Shown here piece by piece: positions 23,316 through 34,189 of a stretch of DNA of 64,000 bases. This stretch comes from Selaginella moellendorffii (lineage: Eukaryota > Plantae > Lycopodiophyta). The DNA is taken from assembly GCF_000143415.4 (NCBI RefSeq), contig NW_003314373.1, positions 1 through 64,000 of the forward strand, read 5' to 3'. The stretch's first letter is position 1; each line of letters opens with the position of its first letter. A model generated the notes under the pieces. That model was not told the DNA's origin. It did not search any database and saw only the letters and a list, made by a program, of their open reading frames with translations. A program made the position numbers and the translations under genes.

Positions 23316-24482
23316 ATGGATCGCGATTTTGGAATGCGGCTGGCGCTCACCGCGGCGTCCGCGATCGCGGCGGAATCCGCGACGTTTCCGATCGACATCA
23401 CCAAGACGCGCCTGCAGCTCCAAGGTGAGGGATCGTCGATCGCTCGTGGTTGTAATGCTGGTCACAGAGGGGCATTTGGCACTGTTTACGGGATCGCGAG
23501 GGAGGAGGGATTGCGCGGGCTCTACAGAGGATTGTCGCCCGCGCTGCTGAGGCACGTCTTTTACACCAGCATCCGGATCGTGAGTTACGAGCAACTGCGA
23601 AGCTTCTCTTCTTCCTCGGATCAAAATCAAGCTTTTTCGTCCCTGGCCGAGAAAGCAGTCATAGGTGGTGCTTCGGGAATCATTGGACAGGTATTCCTCG
23701 TTTCTTTAGCATTCTCGCTTACTTTTCTCGATAGAAGTTTTTGATACCTCCAGTAGCTCTCGAGAACGAAGCATTCAGTCACCTCTTCCGCGCTTTTGTC
23801 TATAGAGTTTCTTTCCATATTCTTTAGCGAAGCTCGCTCTCTCTTTCACTATAGACGCTCAGGCTCAGCTATGATCGTTCTTCCTTCTAGAAGCACCTCT
23901 CTGCAGTGCCTTTGGAGTAAACTAACGAGCTTTCTTCGTTTTCGATGCATGCAGGTGGTGGCGAGCCCCGCCGACCTTATAAAAGTGCGGATGCAAGCCG
24001 ACGGGCGACTTGTGAAGCTCGGCCACGCTCCCAGGTACACAAGCGTCGCCGACGCTTTCCACAAAATAATGGCGAGCGAAGGCGTGCTTGGGCTGTGGAG
24101 GGGAGTAGGCCCCAACGCACAGCGCGCCTTTCTCGTCAACATGGGCGAGCTCGCTTGCTACGACCAGGCCAAGCACAAAATCATACAAAATGGCGTCTGT
24201 GGGGACAACGTTGTTGCGCACACTCTGGCGTCGCTGCTCTCGGGGCTCTCGGCCACGCTGCTCAGCTGCCCGGCCGACGTTGTCAAGACGAGGATGATGA
24301 ACCAGGCCGGCCAGAGCTACAGGAGTTCGCTGGATTGCCTGGCCAAGACCGTGACATCCGAGGGCGTCACGGCCCTGTGGAAGGGATTCTTTCCGACTTG
24401 GGCTCGCCTCGGCCCCTGGCAATTTGTTTTCTGGGTGTCGTATGAGCAATTGCGTCGTTTTGCCGGTCTATCATCCTTTTAA
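23316..24482 (+). CDS. UCP3: Mitochondrial uncoupling protein 3-like carrier; exons 23316-23690 and 23955-24482
   Basis: Three PxDxxKxR carrier signatures (PIDITKTR, PADLIKVR, PADVVKTR); GPNAQRAFLVNMGELACYD and WARLGPWQFVFWVSYE match plant UCP3/PUMP3. Confidence 0.93.
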
Positions 24483-24608
24483 AAAGTCCCCTTTTGTCCC
24501 GTTGAAAAGGTTGAAAAAAGGTGGCGGACTATGAAAAGGCTATATAAAGGTTGAAAAGGTGGCGGACTTTAAAAGGTTGGGTTGAGCTCTAGCCCTAAAA
24601 ATAAGGAC

Positions 24609-25202
24609 ATGTTGGTTGTGGACGTTGACGCTATCAATGAGAAGGTGGCGGACATTGTTGCCTTTCGCGGACAAATGGACGAGGAGGTTGCTCGCGTGAG
24701 AAGGGATTTGCGATTGTCAACGCGCAAGGCGAACTTCTATCGCTGCAAGTTCTTGCGGCGCATAATCGAGGCGATGAAGCACATCGATTACATATCGTCG
24801 CAGTACGTCAAGCCCTTGGAGTCCGAGTACGAGGAGATTTACGACCCGGACGACGAGTTCCCGCAACTGGAAGTGAACGAGCTCTTCGCGGAAGTCCAGC
24901 GCTGCAAGGCCACGAATATAAAACTCAAGGAAAAGGAGGAGTCCCTGGTAATGCAGGAAGCGACGCTAAAGCAGGAGGAAGTGGATCTCATCAACGCACG
25001 AAACTGGTGGCTGGCCAAGAAGGAAGAGTATGAAACAAGCACAAGCAAGGCCAAGTTTGAGGTGGAGATGGAGCAAGGCATCCAGCAAATCACCCAGAAA
25101 GTCTGCAACTTTGACAGATACATAAGCTTCCCTGAAAACCCAAACCCAGTGAGTGACACAAAGATCTCAAGCAAATCAATCAATCAATCACATTATGCGT
25201 AG
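24609..25202 (+). CDS. Hypothetical coiled-coil protein
   Basis: ~197-aa ORF with GC3-rich codon usage and E/K-rich heptads; no family recognised. Confidence 0.45.
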   Translation: MLVVDVDAINEKVADIVAFRGQMDEEVARVRRDLRLSTRKANFYRCKFLRRIIEAMKHIDYISSQYVKPLESEYEEIYDPDDEFPQLEVNELFAEVQRCKATNIKLKEKEESLVMQEATLKQEEVDLINARNWWLAKKEEYETSTSKAKFEVEMEQGIQQITQKVCNFDRYISFPENPNPVSDTKISSKSINQSHYA

Positions 25203-25243
25203 GATAAGTTACCTCTCACACGACGAGCTCGAGCTCTCTTCTC

Positions 25244-27280
25244 TCACTCGACTCCAGAAGTTGTGGCGGCTTTCGCAACCTTGACTTTGGCAGCTTCGTG
25301 CCTGGCCAGCTCCGGCGGCACCGGGTTCTTGGTCCGGACTAGCAGCTGCTTGAGATCGTAGAACACCTCGGAGTCATTGAGCGTCAGGAAGGTGGTGGCG
25401 GCGCCGCTCTTGCCCGCCCGCCCCGTCCGCCCAATGCGATGGATATACATCTCCACCGTGGACGGCATGTCGTAGTTGACGATGTGCCCGACGTCGGGGA
25501 CGTCGATCCCGCGCCCCACCACGTCCGTCGCGATGAGGCAGCTCCGCCGCTTGCTCCGAAAGTCCTGGAAGTTGGTCTGCCGCTTCTGCTGCGTCTTGCC
25601 GCCGTGGATGGTCGCCACCTTGATCCCCATGTCGTGGAGCTGCTTCGACACCTTGTCCGCCTGCTTCTTGGTGTTGACGAACACGATCGTCGACATCTCG
25701 CCCAGCTCGTCCAGCAGCCGCCGCAGCCGCTTGGGTTTCTCCTCCTCGTCCACCATTATCACCTTCTGGCTGATGCGCTTGCTCATCTCCTCGATCGTCA
25801 CCACCACCGGGTTCCTCAGGTACTTCTTGGCCAGCCTCTCCACCGCCGGCGGCATCGTCGCGCTGAACATGTACGTCGTCCGGTAGATCCTGTCCTCCAG
25901 CTCCACGTCCTCGCTCTCGGGCTTCATGTTGCTCGACGGCATCGCTTCCAAGGCGTCAATCACCTGTTCCTCGAAACCCAGCGCGATCATCCTGTCGCCC
26001 TCGTCCAGAACCACGTAGTTGCACTGGTGGAGCACCGCGTATCCCTGCTCCAGGCAGTGCAAGAGCCGTCCCGGAGTGGCAATGACGATCTCACACCCTT
26101 GCAGTAGCTTCGAGCTCTGCCCCCCGATGGCTTCTCCGGCGACGAGAGACAGCACGTTGATGTCCATATACTTCGCCAACTTCACGGTCTCCTCCTGGAT
26201 CTGCTGCGCGAGCTCCGTGGTTGGAGCCATCACCAGCGCGTAAGGCCCCTCGATGGCTCTCTCCAAAGTCATCTTCGGAAGCCTGGACACGTACATGAGC
26301 ATCGGTATCACGAAGGCCGCCGTCTTCCCGGAGCCAGTCCCGGCGATCCCAATAACATCTCTCTGCTGGAGTCCCAGTGGAATGGAAGCCATCTGGATGG
26401 GAGTAGGCTTCTTGTACCCGGCTTCTTGCACGGCCCTGAGTATCTCGGGGCAAATCCCAGACTCCTCCCAGTTCCTAGCAGGATTCGGGAACCTCGACCC
26501 CTTGTAGGAAATGTTATAGTCCTCTCGAAAGATCCTCCAGTCCCTCGACGTCATCTCGTGTATCTCCTTCTCGGACCAGTGCCTGTCCACCGGCATGTCG
26601 TCGAAAGGATCATAGCTCGATTTCAGTGATTTGGGTTCGATCTGTCCTTTGGATTCCCGGTCGATCTTTGCCGACTGCTTCTTTTGCTCTCGTCGATCCA
26701 TGCCGGCATAGAAACCCCGTCCAAAGAGAAGCTGGCCGTGGCATATAGGAATCATGTCCTGGGACGTGTCCTCGGTGTTCTCCCAGTCGAACTTGCCGCG
26801 CTGCTTGACAATCACTCTCTTGGCTTTCTTACTCCCGTCCTGGATCGCTGCCAGAGCTTTCATCGATTGCTTGTCCAGCTGCTCGCGCTCTTTGCTATTC
26901 GGCACAAGCTCTTCCTGCTGCTGCTGCTGCTGCTGCTCATCGCGCCTCTCCCACTTCTCACCAGGATTGGGACTCCTTTGCTTCCACTTTCCAAATGCTC
27001 TACTGGAAGAATTGTGCCTGCCGGGCTCATTGTCACGGGATGGGCTGCGTGAAGAATGCCTGCTCCTCCCCCTCCTGTCCGGGCTGCGGCTCCTCTCCCT
27101 GCTGCTCCTCTCCCGATCTCGACCCCTATCTCGGCTATCTCTGTCTCTATCTCTATCGCGATCTCTATCGCGGTTGTGGTGATGGGAGTACTTACGATGC
27201 TTAGAATCCTCGTCCCTGTCGCCGCCGCCGCCGCCGCGATCCGGGCTACTGCTGCGATGGCGCTTACCGTCCCGCGCCAT
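25244..27280 (-). CDS. Prp28/DDX23-like spliceosomal DEAD-box RNA helicase (RH21/RH44-like), intronless, with motif deviations
   Basis: RS/RD-rich N-terminus, [44 protein letters not shown] motif, [19 protein letters not shown]. Confidence 0.93.
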   Translation of the reverse strand: MARDGKRHRSSSPDRGGGGGDRDEDSKHRKYSHHHNRDRDRDRDRDRDSRDRGRDRERSSRERSRSPDRRGRSRHSSRSPSRDNEPGRHNSSSRAFGKWKQRSPNPGEKWERRDEQQQQQQQEELVPNSKEREQLDKQSMKALAAIQDGSKKAKRVIVKQRGKFDWENTEDTSQDMIPICHGQLLFGRGFYAGMDRREQKKQSAKIDRESKGQIEPKSLKSSYDPFDDMPVDRHWSEKEIHEMTSRDWRIFREDYNISYKGSRFPNPARNWEESGICPEILRAVQEAGYKKPTPIQMASIPLGLQQRDVIGIAGTGSGKTAAFVIPMLMYVSRLPKMTLERAIEGPYALVMAPTTELAQQIQEETVKLAKYMDINVLSLVAGEAIGGQSSKLLQGCEIVIATPGRLLHCLEQGYAVLHQCNYVVLDEGDRMIALGFEEQVIDALEAMPSSNMKPESEDVELEDRIYRTTYMFSATMPPAVERLAKKYLRNPVVVTIEEMSKRISQKVIMVDEEEKPKRLRRLLDELGEMSTIVFVNTKKQADKVSKQLHDMGIKVATIHGGKTQQKRQTNFQDFRSKRRSCLIATDVVGRGIDVPDVGHIVNYDMPSTVEMYIHRIGRTGRAGKSGAATTFLTLNDSEVFYDLKQLLVRTKNPVPPELARHEAAKVKVAKAATTSGVE

Positions 27281-27408
27281 GGACGCTCGCTCCGCCCAAA
27301 CCCTTGTTAGGGCTAACTACAATTTTCTTTCCATATTCAGGGCATATTCGTACATTGTACAGGGCATATTCCACGCCCGGAGAATTTTCTCTGAAAAGAG
27401 GATGTGTT

Positions 27409-30400
27409 CTACTCGCTCTCCGAGTCCGAGATGGCGGTTTTCTTGCGCTTGGCTCCTCGATCGCTTTCGTTGTCACTCTCCGGCTCTTCGATGGGTTGAG
27501 ACGGGCGGTCCGTCGCTTCGTCGTCGGATTCTTCCGAGCGAGCGCGCTTGAGACGAGATTTGCCACTCTTCTTCACCTGGAGCAAGAGCAATGAGAGAAG
27601 ATCCCTGGAGGAATAAAACGGGAGCTACTTACCGGTTCTTCCTCCTCTTCCTCCGACGCTACCGGAGCTTCCGCTTCCGCCTCCTCCTCCTCGGGCTCTG
27701 GTTGCGTGCCTTCCTCGGCCTCCACTTCCTCCTCCTCGGCCTGCTCGTTCCGCTGCTTCTTCTTCCTCTTCTTCTTCTCCTTCCTTCGCGATTTCCTCTC
27801 GTTGCCTTCGTCATCGAGGTTGTACTTCCACGTTTCCTGGAAAGCACTGCATTTAGTTTCGAAAGCGCGGAAGTGCTTGCTCACCTTCACGCGCTGGAAG
27901 TGTAGCTCTTGTTCCATGACTCTGCGATGCTCTTCTTCTCGCTTTCGTTTCTCAATCTGGAACCATTCAAACCATAAGAGAGAATACGGAGAAGCAACTC
28001 GAAGCCGCCAACCTGGAGTTTTCGCTCTTCATCGGCTTTCCTTTGAGCTTCTTGAGCCATTGCAAGCTGCCGAGCCACTTCTTGCTTTTGCCGGTTTTGT
28101 TGCTCTTCCCGCTCAGCAGCCTCAAGATGGAGCTTTGCAGCATCTAGCAGATGCTTGCAGTAGTCGACATGCATTCCGATCTTCTTCTCATCGAATCCGT
28201 GCATGTGATGAGAACTTATCAGTGATAGCTGGGTGAAGAGACGAACTGCATTTTTCACTTCTGCTACGGATTGACGAACCTAGAGGTACAAATAAAACTC
28301 CGCCATGCGTGAAAAGAAAAAAAAAGCAAACATACCTCATCGGCAGTGCGTTTCTGTTTTTGAAGTGTTGCAGTAGAGAACTTTTGCATAGTGATTGCAG
28401 CATCGAACCGGAGCATGTAATTCGACGGTGCCATATGAATAGCATGCATAAGTACGCGTTTGCATTCTTGCCATTGCTCCGCTTCATAATGCGTGCGCGC
28501 CAGATAAAGCAAGATGTTCGTTTCGGTGTTAAAGTAGAACCTTCGTAGACAATTCTGATACTGTAACGGATGAAAATAAAATCAGAAATGCTGGCAATAG
28601 TAATTTGAGAAGTACAACCATTTTTACTGCCAAGCCGAAATGACCCTGAGCAAGATATACATGCGCAAGATTTACCCAGACATCAGGCATCTCCACAGCA
28701 ACGTTACCAGAAGCTGCTTCTTGCACCTGGGTTTGGAGCCTCAGAAACTAATGAGTACGAATCAATATGCACCTGAGTGAAGATATCCTTGGCAATGTCG
28801 AACATTCCTTTCTCGGAGAAAACTATTCCTAGTCCGTTTGCTGCGTACATGTTGTTGGACTTTTGCGTCAAAACCTGCAGATGCGACGTGGTCAGAGTAC
28901 CCGCACTCACAGTCCAATATTCTACTTGCCTTTTGATACAATTCTCTAGCTTTTTCCAGGTGTGTGGCTTCCAACTTAGGATCCCGCTTTTCACTACGAG
29001 TTGCTGCGAAATAATTCCAGTTTCCCTGTATTGAATACGTTAATATCAACGTGCATCTGGCACAACGTTAAAATTACCAGCGCCAGGTTCGAAAAACTAT
29101 CTTTCCCGTCTGAGACACTCTGTATTCCCTTCAGAGTATCCTTAGCTTTGAGCCATTCGTCTGCTTTCAGCTCAAGGCTTCCTCGAAAAGATAGAATATC
29201 CACATCATTGTCGTCTTCTTTAAGCCCTTTCTGTACCTGTTATAGAACAACTATATGGTGAAAAGAAAAAAGAAAAACCGCATGCTTACCAATTCCATGC
29301 TGAGACTCAAGTTATTTCTTGCTTCAGCCATGGCTGCAAGACGCAAGTAAGCATCCACGTAACTCGGATGCTTAAAAGAGGAGGAAGTCAGTAAGATAAT
29401 TGATAAGTCTTAACCACTTTACCTTGAAAAGAATAAGCTGATACAATAAATTTGCTTTTTCCGTCTCGTGCAACTGCTCAAATAAGCGTGCCAAGTTGAA
29501 GAGAACAGTTACTTTTTCAGCTGGTATGTCTAGCGAGGTTCCTTGCTCTTCAATTCGTTGAAATACATCAAATTTTTCCAAAGGCCCGTCTCCTCCGGTA
29601 ATGGTAGAAAAATTATTTTCATTGAATTCTTTCCATGGACCTTCACCTAATGCTTCATAATAAGCTCCTTCTGCGAGCTGCATGAAAACGAATCAGCACC
29701 AAGAAAGCACGTAGACACACAAACCTTGTATTCACCACGCTCAAAATGAAGCACGCCGATGTTGTTCAAAAGGCCAAGCGGAACTTTCTCCCCACTCTTG
29801 GTTTGCAGATTGTGTGCCTAGACCCGGAGAGGAGCGTTACTAAAATAAAGGTACGAGAATGAAACCTCACCGTCTTAAACGCATCCAAAGCTGCAGAAAA
29901 ATCTGTAGATACAAGGAGCTCCCCTATTTCAATCCATGCCTGCGTTTTACAAGACTCATCAACTACAGAGATAAAACATACTTTCAACTCACATCAACAT
30001 CCCGAGGGCTCACTTTGGCAGCTTTTCTGAAGCTTTCTAATGCCTTATCGTTTCTACCTTGCTGCAAGTGTATGTACCCGACGACCTACAGAGCAATCCA
30101 TTAGAGGACCAGAGGAGAAAACAACATCGTACCTTCAAAGTTTCACAGTTCTCAGGATGAACGTCCAAAACCTTTTCAAAATTTGACAAGGCTGACTTCA
30201 AGTCATTTAGTTTGAGTTGGACCTGCCCCAAGCCTTGTTGAGTTCAGAAAATTATTGTACTCAGTGCCGAAACACGGAAGTGTCATTGAACTAACCATAA
30301 TAAGGAAGTATAAAATCCTTTGGAGACTTCAGCTCCTGCACGGAGGCCCTGTAGTAGGCGGCAGCTTTGTCGTAATCTCCCTAAGATAATGTCAAAAACA

Positions 30401-31819
30401 AGGCGAGACACACAGGCAATACTCACCTTACTGTGATACGATCGAGCCAAATTAAAATAGGACTGCGATTTTATGAGCGCATTGTCAGTTGACGCCAAAG
30501 CGGTTTCCATCAGCTGCTCAACAACACCGTGTTGCTCCGTATAAAAATAATGATTTGCAAGGTGATTGAGAGCCGTTGCGCAATACGGATATATCTCAAA
30601 AGCCTCGAGCATTTTCTTTGTGCCTTCCTGAACAGACTCCGCTGTAATGTGTTTTTAGTCGACCAGAAACGGAAAATCAAGAACCTCAAAAGTACCATCG
30701 TTAGCGTTGATATCCATAATTCCCAGCGCGACAAGGGCATCTAAATTCTCAGGGTCCAGCTAGATCAAACGAAGTTAGGACACCCGCAACCGAAAATGAC
30801 GAAAAATACCTGAAGAACCCTTTGGAAAGCCTGGCGTGCCTTGCTCAGCTGTCCCAAGCGGTAACGGCAAAAACCGAGGCCAAGCCTGACAGATGCGGGA
30901 CAACCCGGATGCATCTGTAATACTCTCTGCGAGAAAGAAGTTCCTTTCAGAATACGATCAAAATGAAAGAGATTGCACCTTATACAGTCCCAGCGATTCT
31001 TGGAAACGTCCACGGTTAAATTGCGCACAGGCCTGCCAGCTTACTTTCAAGCTCGAGGACACAGGGACATCAAGAGCTTACTTGGCCAAGCAACGCTAGG
31101 AGGTTATCAGGCCGCACATCCAGCACGATCTTAAAAACGTCAAACATCTGCTCGTAGTCCCCCTTTGCAAGGAGCAGCTGACCTGAAATGAACGAAGTAA
31201 CATTACGACGACATCAGAAAGAAACGTTTGGTTTTTTCTTCTCATCTACCTTTTCCGGCCCATGTCGTGGGCTCGTCATAGTCGATTCTAGTGGCTTTGT
31301 TGTAGTAGTGTGTAGCGCGAATAAAGTGCTCATCGCGCTGCTTAAATTCTATCTTCCCAAGGTTCGTGTAGTAAGCACCTAGCGCATTTAGAATGGCTAT
31401 TCGATCGTACTTCACATCGCTATAGTACTCATCGATCTCTTCAAAGAAGAACAAGAAAAAAGTGAGAACAAGAACAGGAAAAAAAAACTATTCGATCCAT
31501 TTACCAATGCTTCTCCTACAAAAACTTCACATACCTGGACTGGAGCCTTCTTCCAATATCTGCAGGAACTCCTTGACTTTGTCCTGTTTGAAATACTCGC
31601 GCTGCGCAAGAAAAAAAACTCATCAGCGCTCCCACATTTGCCATATGTTGCCCTGGAATCGCGAGCGCGAGCACATACCGCGAATGTGAGCCAGAGATGG
31701 AGCGGCGCTTGCTCGGCCTTGAGGATGTCGACAATGTCGGCTGGATCGCGCGGCAGCTGATCGAGCCCTACGCGCACCTCCTCTTGCGAATTCTGGACGG
31801 GGATGTAGACGCACTCCAT
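27409..31819 (-). CDS. CTR9: Paf1 complex TPR subunit CTR9 (VIP6/ELF8), many short introns
   Basis: VYIPVQNSQEEVRV.LDQLP, DILKAEQAPL, ALNHLANHYFYT, SNNMYAANGLG, MPDVWVNLAHVY, acidic/basic C-terminus ending SDSESE*. Confidence 0.96.
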
Positions 31820-31924
31820 CAGACCCCCGCTAGGGCAGGGCACCCCTTTTAAAAAACACCAAAGCCTTTAATACAGGCACACGTGGAAGCCCTTACACGT
31901 AAACGCTGACGTGGCCGCTCGAGA

Positions 31925-33269
31925 CTATGCCATGTAGGCGTGGGGCTTGTTGGCGTTGTCGTCCCAGGGCACTTGGAGATGGTAGCGGATGATGTTTTGG
32001 GCGCCTTCCACCAGTCCCCGGACGACGCTCGCGGCGGGCAAGATCTCATCGATCAATCCCACGCCCTCGCCCGCGTACATTGCCATCTCCTCGATCTTCC
32101 CAGTCGCGGAGGAATTGGGAACTTTTCCAGAGAAGCGCTTCACCTCTTCCTTCTGCAAGAGAATGGAGGGGGCTTAGAAAGATCTTTGGTGAAGTGTGAG
32201 CTCGATCTTACTTTGCCATGGACGATTGTTTCGCCGATCGTCACCTGCCCTTGCTCGGACTCGTCGGGGCCGAGCTTGTCTCTCCACTCCAGGAAAAATG
32301 GAGTTTTGATCACTCTCTGTGGAGCATTTGGCCACCGTTTCCTTCCGAAAATGTTGGTGAGCTCGGTATCGCCAGCGGACGCGGCCAGCACCATTTTCTT
32401 GTAGATCGGATGCGCATTCGACTCCAAGGTAGCAAGAAATCTTTCCAAGAAAAATGTAAGCTTTCGCGGATGAAAACTCAAAAACTATTCGAAACACTTT
32501 ACCTAGTTCCAAGGCAAACTCCCTTCGCACCAAGTGCCAAAGCAGCGACATAGCCACGAGCATCAACGATCCCTCCAGCCGCAATCACGGGAATCTTATA
32601 CTTCCAAACGGCATCCACAACTTTCGGCAACAGCGCGATGAGTCCCTCCTTCACGACCACAATTCTTCTCTACGTAAGTCTTTGAAAGAAAGTTTCAAGA
32701 GAAAATCACCACCTTTCCACGGACGTGGCCGCCAGCTTCAACACCTTGGACGATGATCGCATCCACACCAGCAAGCGCTGCGTCTTTGGCCTCGGCCACT
32801 GATCCTACCTGCGTGTGCGAAAACCCGAGAAAATCACGACAAAGCTGCTATTTTTTTTCTCACGAACCTGATGCACAACTTTCACTCCGCCTTGGTGCAT
32901 CTTGTCGACAAGATGACTCCCAAATTCACCCCAGTAAACCATCAGCACAGCGACACGCTCCTGGATCACAGCCTCGAGCATCTTCTCGTGTGGAAAATCC
33001 AGGATGATCCCCACTCCAAACGATCGATCCGTCAGCTCCCTGGTTCGCTTCACCATCTCCCTCAGCACCTCGGGCTCATCCTGGAGTCATCAAATTCCCA
33101 TTTTTCCTTGCAAAAAAAAAAAAAGGTTTTTTACCTGATCTGGAGCTCGAAGAACTCCAATCGCCCCCGCATTTGCAACCGCTGCTACGAGAGCAGGCCC
33201 CGAGATGTCTGGACCCAATGGCGCCTGGATTATTCCATGATCGAAACCAAGCAATCCTCCCCAAGCCAT
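31925..33269 (-). CDS. Nitronate monooxygenase / 2-nitropropane dioxygenase-family FMN oxidoreductase, multi-exon
   Basis: [70 protein letters not shown]. Confidence 0.93.
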
Positions 33270-33331
33270 AGCCGCGAGCGCCAAAAAGAGAAATGGAAAA
33301 CGTATCTAAGATCAACACAAATACTGGCAGA

Positions 33332-33338
33332 ACAAAAA
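33332..33338 (-). terminator. Putative RNA Pol III oligo-T terminator for the tRNA-Pro pair
   Basis: Minus strand reads ...CCCTA TAGGCTG TTTTT GTTC just past the 3' end of tRNA-Pro(AGG). Confidence 0.6.
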
Positions 33339-33345
33339 CAGCCTA

Positions 33346-33419
33346 TAGGGATGACAGGATTTGAACCTGCGTCCTTTTGTTCCCTAAACAAACGCGCTAC
33401 CTATCTGCGCTACATCCCT
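33346..33419 (-). tRNA. trnP: tRNA-Pro(AGG) with land-plant plastid trnP-type body
   Basis: Minus strand AGGGATG TA GCGC AGATAGGTA GCGC G TTTGT TT-AGG-GA ACAAA AGGAC GCAGG TTCAAAT CCTGT CATCCCT A; all four stems pair; anticodon at 33385-33383; T5 run about 8 nt downstream. Confidence 0.93.
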
Positions 33420-33494
33420 GTGTGTGCTCCACAGCATGCCTCTTCTTTCCTCGGCTTTTTATACTTTCATAGTGTTTCTTTTAACGAACGTCGA

Positions 33495-33568
33495 TAGGGA
33501 TGACAGGATTTGAACCTGCGGCCTTTTGTTCCCGAAACAAATGCGCTACCTATCTGCGCTACATCCCT
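33495..33568 (-). tRNA. trnP: tRNA-Pro(CGG) with land-plant plastid trnP-type body
   Basis: Minus strand AGGGATG TA GCGC AGATAGGTA GCGC A TTTGT TT-CGG-GA ACAAA AGGCC GCAGG TTCAAAT CCTGT CATCCCT A; anticodon at 33534-33532; differs from the neighbour at only 3 positions. Confidence 0.93.
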
Positions 33569-33769
33569 CCTAATCCCTCTCCACACAAGGTGGCGGACTC
33601 CACTTAAAGGATTGCCACGAAACAATGTAGGGCTGCATCAGCATAAAATGACATCGCTGGCCACGTCATTGCCACGTCAACTGACTAGGACGATTTCCAG
33701 CCGTTGGTTCAAGGGTTGCAGCTGAAAGACGATGGTGGTAATCGCTACGCTTACCATCGTTTAGTCGTA

Positions 33770-34189
33770 ATGGAGCAACCGCCCAGGGTGGAGGTCACGG
33801 CGCTGCCAACGCGCTCCTATCTGGTAAGCACCGTGTGGTTCTAGTTTGTGATCAATGCTTCGATTTTTCTTGGCAGGAAAACAGTGTGGTACCTGTTCTG
33901 ACGCAGGGGCTCGAGGCCTTGACGCTACAGAGGTAACAACGAGATTTTTCTTGGGTATTGTTATCGTGTTTCTAGCAGACCGCAAAGGCCATTGGAGTAT
34001 CTGGCGAAGTTCATGCTAAAGAATGTGCCGCCGCGGCCGGATCCTTTGAGCAATGTCAAAGCGGAAGTTATTCGTTTGGTTCCTCGGCCTCTGGCGAACG
34101 AAGTTGATGCTACTGTCACTTATCACAAGTGCACGACTAGCGCGATTCTTCCTGTTCCTCTCGTGTCAACGCAAGCTCCAACAAGCTAG
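33770..34189 (+). CDS. Dpy-30 motif protein; exons 33770-33823, 33877-33932, 33979-34189
   Basis: Spliced product MEQPPRVEVTALPTRSYLENSVVPVLTQGLEALTLQRPQRPLEYLAKFMLKN matches the Dpy-30 consensus (LPTRAYLDQTVVPILLQGL...RP..P.E.LA..LLKN). Confidence 0.85.

Noticed and set aside
33346-33568. Reading the tRNA pair as a simple NUPT or bacterial contamination
   Set aside because: No flanking organellar or bacterial genes, the neighbours are intron-containing nuclear genes, the anticodons differ from plastid trnP-UGG, and the stems are fully preserved.
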